A stretch of 63,515 nucleotides of DNA, the filler included, from Lenisia limosa (taxonomy: Eukaryota > Protista > Breviatea), in the NCBI GenBank assembly GCA_001655205.1. It is 13 parts of 13 records of this genome, joined end to end, with 100 filler letters (N's around TTAATTAATTAA, not from the genome) between each part and the next. Parts side by side here need not be neighbours in the genome. Positions count along the whole stretch, not along the records: positions 59,690 to 63,515 come from LPNZ01004708.1; 12 more parts are not named here. One strand, 5' to 3'. The position numbers and the translations under genes were made by a program. Numbering within the stretch: position 1 is the first letter of the stretch; each line of letters opens with the position of its first letter. Below, one piece after another: positions 60,440-63,515 of the stretch. The notes beneath the pieces are model-generated. The model was not told the origin of the DNA. It was given only the letters and a program-made list of their open reading frames with translations, and searched no databases.

Positions 60440-63404
60440 TAATACCTTTACTCCAATATTCTTCCCTCACCTGTCAGCAAGAACAACTCCACCCGGGAAG
60501 GAAACACCAATCATAGTAACGTTGGACTGGAAAAGTCAGAAATTTTCATGTTGAAAATGGCTATAATTAATCTAAAAACGTTGGATATGATTAAATCATA
60601 ATTGTCTTTTGTCGAACCGAAGTGAAGCCTTGCTATACCCCCCATTACCTCTGAGAAGTAAAAGAGGGACGAAATATCGCTGAAATACTCAGACACAACA
60701 GTATCCAACACAACCTCAGCTCCAATAAACCTGAAAGGTCAAAAGGATTCAATAATTCTGAAACAAATATATCTTGTCATTATTTTCATAGTTACCAAAA
60801 CACACCTAAAACAGTTTTAATAACCATCAGCTTCCCCCCCCCCCATTCCATTTTCATCTTTACCCCTCAAACTTAGAGGGGGCCTTCTCGTGGGTGAGCT
60901 TGCAGTTTTTGATAGTGGCCCGCTTGCCTAATATGGTAAGTACAGACAAAAACTCTCTCGCTAATTTCATTATATCAAAAAATAGGCATTTTCCTGACCA
61001 TACATTCCCCCCCCCCCCCNNNNNNNNNNNNNNNNNNNNNNNNNNNNNNNNNNNNNNNNNNNNNNNNNNNNNNNNNNNNNNNNNNNNNNNNNNNNNNNNN
61101 NNNNNNNNNNNNNNNNNNNNNNNNNNNNNNNNNNNNNNNNNNNNNNNNNNNNNNNNNNNNNNNNNNNNNNNNNNNNNNNNNNNNNNNNNNNGGGAAATAT
61201 GGATTTATCGAGAAATTCAGTCTTTTATGGAACCCACCGTTAGTTGAAACACCGCCGATGATGGAGTCGACGGCTGAGAATTCGGCCTCGGGATGGGTCA
61301 AGGAAGCAAAGTATCCACCAATGTGACGAAGATTCTGAGGAGAGCGGGTCAATAGAGGGATATCATATAACAGATTTTATATTATATTGTATATCATGCG
61401 GCAGTTCAAAATTCTGGTTTTTTCGGTAATTCTGGTTATCACCAAGAAGATGAAGTGTAACCAAAGTCAAGATCATTTTACTTCTGATTTTGCGAAATAA
61501 ACACAATATATCGATATATGATATGATATGATATTCTATCATATATTATACCTATTTTAGACTGGTTTATCTCAAAAAGTCGGAATCTCGCAAAAAGCAG
61601 AATTGTACTTGAGAACAATAACCAGATTTTTGAAGCAGTAAATGATATAGTACATAGTGACCCCCTCCCCCCCATATAAATCCACACTATATATATTCGA
61701 GGTCCTAAACTATGTCATTAATTCAATTTTCTGTGACTGTCTCTTTTCATGTTACGGTCAACTTCACAACAATAACTCAAAAAAGACATAAACCGAAAAA
61801 AAAATTGCGCGAACGTGGCGCTAAAAAATAAATTTTCGCGATCAAGTTTGCTGATCTTGCAAAAAATTTTTTTTTGAAAGGTTATTTTTTCTCTTTGTTT
61901 CCTTCCCTTCATAGACAAATAAAGTGTGTATATCTCAGAAACATATTACTGTTTTGAAGGGGAATAGCTGATTTGGCGATCGTAAATAATTAACGACATT
62001 AATTCGAATTAATGACATAATTTTGGACCTTGAGCATATGTATAAACACCCCAGACATCCCCGTACCGAGTTAGAAGCCGTAATTTTGACTGGAGCGTCG
62101 GAAACGATGCTTGCGTCTGAGTGGCAGTTCAGCTCCGTGTTCTGGGTGGGGGGTTNNNNNNNNNNNNNNNNNNNNNNNNNNNNNNNNNNNNNNNNNNNNN
62201 NNNNNNNNNNNNNNNNNNNNNNNNNNNNNNNNNNNNNNNNNNNNNNNNNNNNNNNNNNNNNNNNNNNNNNNNNNNNNNNNNNNNNNNNNNNNNNNNNNNN
62301 NNNNNNNNNNNNNNNNNNNNNNNNNNNNNNNNNNNNNNNNNNNNNNNNNNNNNNNNNNNNNNNNNNNNNNNNNNNNNNTGGTTAACACTTGGGAAATACA
62401 CGAGGGTAACAAACAAACAAAGCCCAGGCAGGCCATATTCACTCCCCCCCTCCAACCGAGAAAATGAGTTCACCAGATTTGAGAGTGATGCATTGAGGGT
62501 CCTTGTCCTGTGGGGGATTTAAACGAAGGAAATTTAGATGAAGAATATTGCCGTAAAGGTACTAATCACCAATTGAATAATATGAAACTCAAAACTAACA
62601 AAAAACCAAAAACAAGCAATAACAAACACGANNNNNNNNNNNNNNNNNNNNNNNNNNNNNNNNNNNNNNNNNNNNNNNNNNNNNNNNNNNNNNNNNNNNN
62701 NNNNNNNNNNNNNNNNNNNNNNNNNNNNNNNNNNNNNNNNNNNNNNNNNNNNNNNNNNNNNNNGGAAATTTATGAAACAAAAAAATGCAAAATATTGTCC
62801 TGGGGGTAAGAGTGCCATATGTAGAGATAAGAAGTAATCAAGGTTTTATCTGGCAAAAGCCGTCCATTTATCAGAGATATTGAATTAGAGCATAATAGTA
62901 ATTCACCGAAACATTTGCCTTACAACATGAGTTAGAAACACAGAGACAGACACAGACACCCCGTGATATCGCCCCTCTCCCTTCTTACTTTAGATATACA
63001 ACAGCTCCCACCCCCCACACACAAACACAGACACACACACAAACAAACACACACAGACACACAAAAACATATGTTAACCCATATCCACTAGTGATATGCT
63101 CATATGACCGACTTTAGAGTCGAAATGATGAACGAAGATAATACGAGGGTTCATCCCGAGTGTATCAAAGTATCATTGAGACTTGTCGGTCAATTATCAT
63201 ACGAGTAGATATGAGGTATCATATCACTGCGTGGAAAATGATAGTTCACAAGTGTGAAAATGATCCAAAAAGTGATATGATAATCGCCCCCTTCCTACTA
63301 AAGACATAGACAGCCCTCCCCCCTTACAGAAGCCAGAAGGAAGTTGAGGTTGGCGAAGGTGACAGAGGACTTCGCATCGACGATGATCTGAGGGCTGGTT
63401 CCAT
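60440..63404 (-). CDS. Multi-exon protein with probable right-handed beta-helix (pectin-lyase-like) character (fragment)
   Basis: Exons 63404-63328 (DGTSPQIIVDAKSSVTFANLNFLLAS), 62507-62474, 62141-62067, 61334-61238, 60927-60864 (GKRATIKNCKLTHE), 60730-60649 and 60470 onward. Five consecutive junctions are in phase; an exon is probably missing in the 62632-62763 gap. Confidence 0.6.
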
Positions 63405-63515
63405 CTGGGGGAGGGGGGAGTAAAACGAAGGATTTAGGAAACAAAAAAGCCCAAAATCAACTCCTAGAAATGAGAAGGTAAGTTGTGGTGGTTGTGGGCT
63501 ATGGGGGGGGGGGGG

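Noticed and set aside
249-62818. ORF-track entries containing long X runs
   Set aside because: Artefacts of translating through N gaps and spacers.

Overview
Eukaryotic draft-assembly window: GT-AG introns, AT-rich introns and intergenic DNA, GC-richer exons, many N gaps. It is not one locus. Twelve artificial 100-nt spacers (44 N + TTAATTAATTAA + 44 N) join 13 pieces, so adjacency across a spacer means nothing. Gene models below were spliced by hand using codon-phase compatibility. Piece 1 (1-15010) is part of one 18-exon gene of about 4,250 aa, open at both ends. It joins an N-terminal array of PSI-like Cys-rich modules to a long run of bacterial-adhesin-type Ig/cadherin-like repeats in two blocks (VNDAP type, then DxDGSE type); this is the best candidate for an undescribed system. 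Other pieces hold a TetA/DHA1-type MFS transporter, a bZIP transcription factor, a second Cys-rich PSI-like repeat protein, a protein with a TNF/C1q-like segment, an ankyrin-repeat protein, a probable beta-helix protein, a decayed DIRS/Ngaro-type retrotransposon and many non-autonomous TIR/hairpin families. No rRNA, tRNA or CRISPR array was seen. The organism cannot be identified from the sequence alone.
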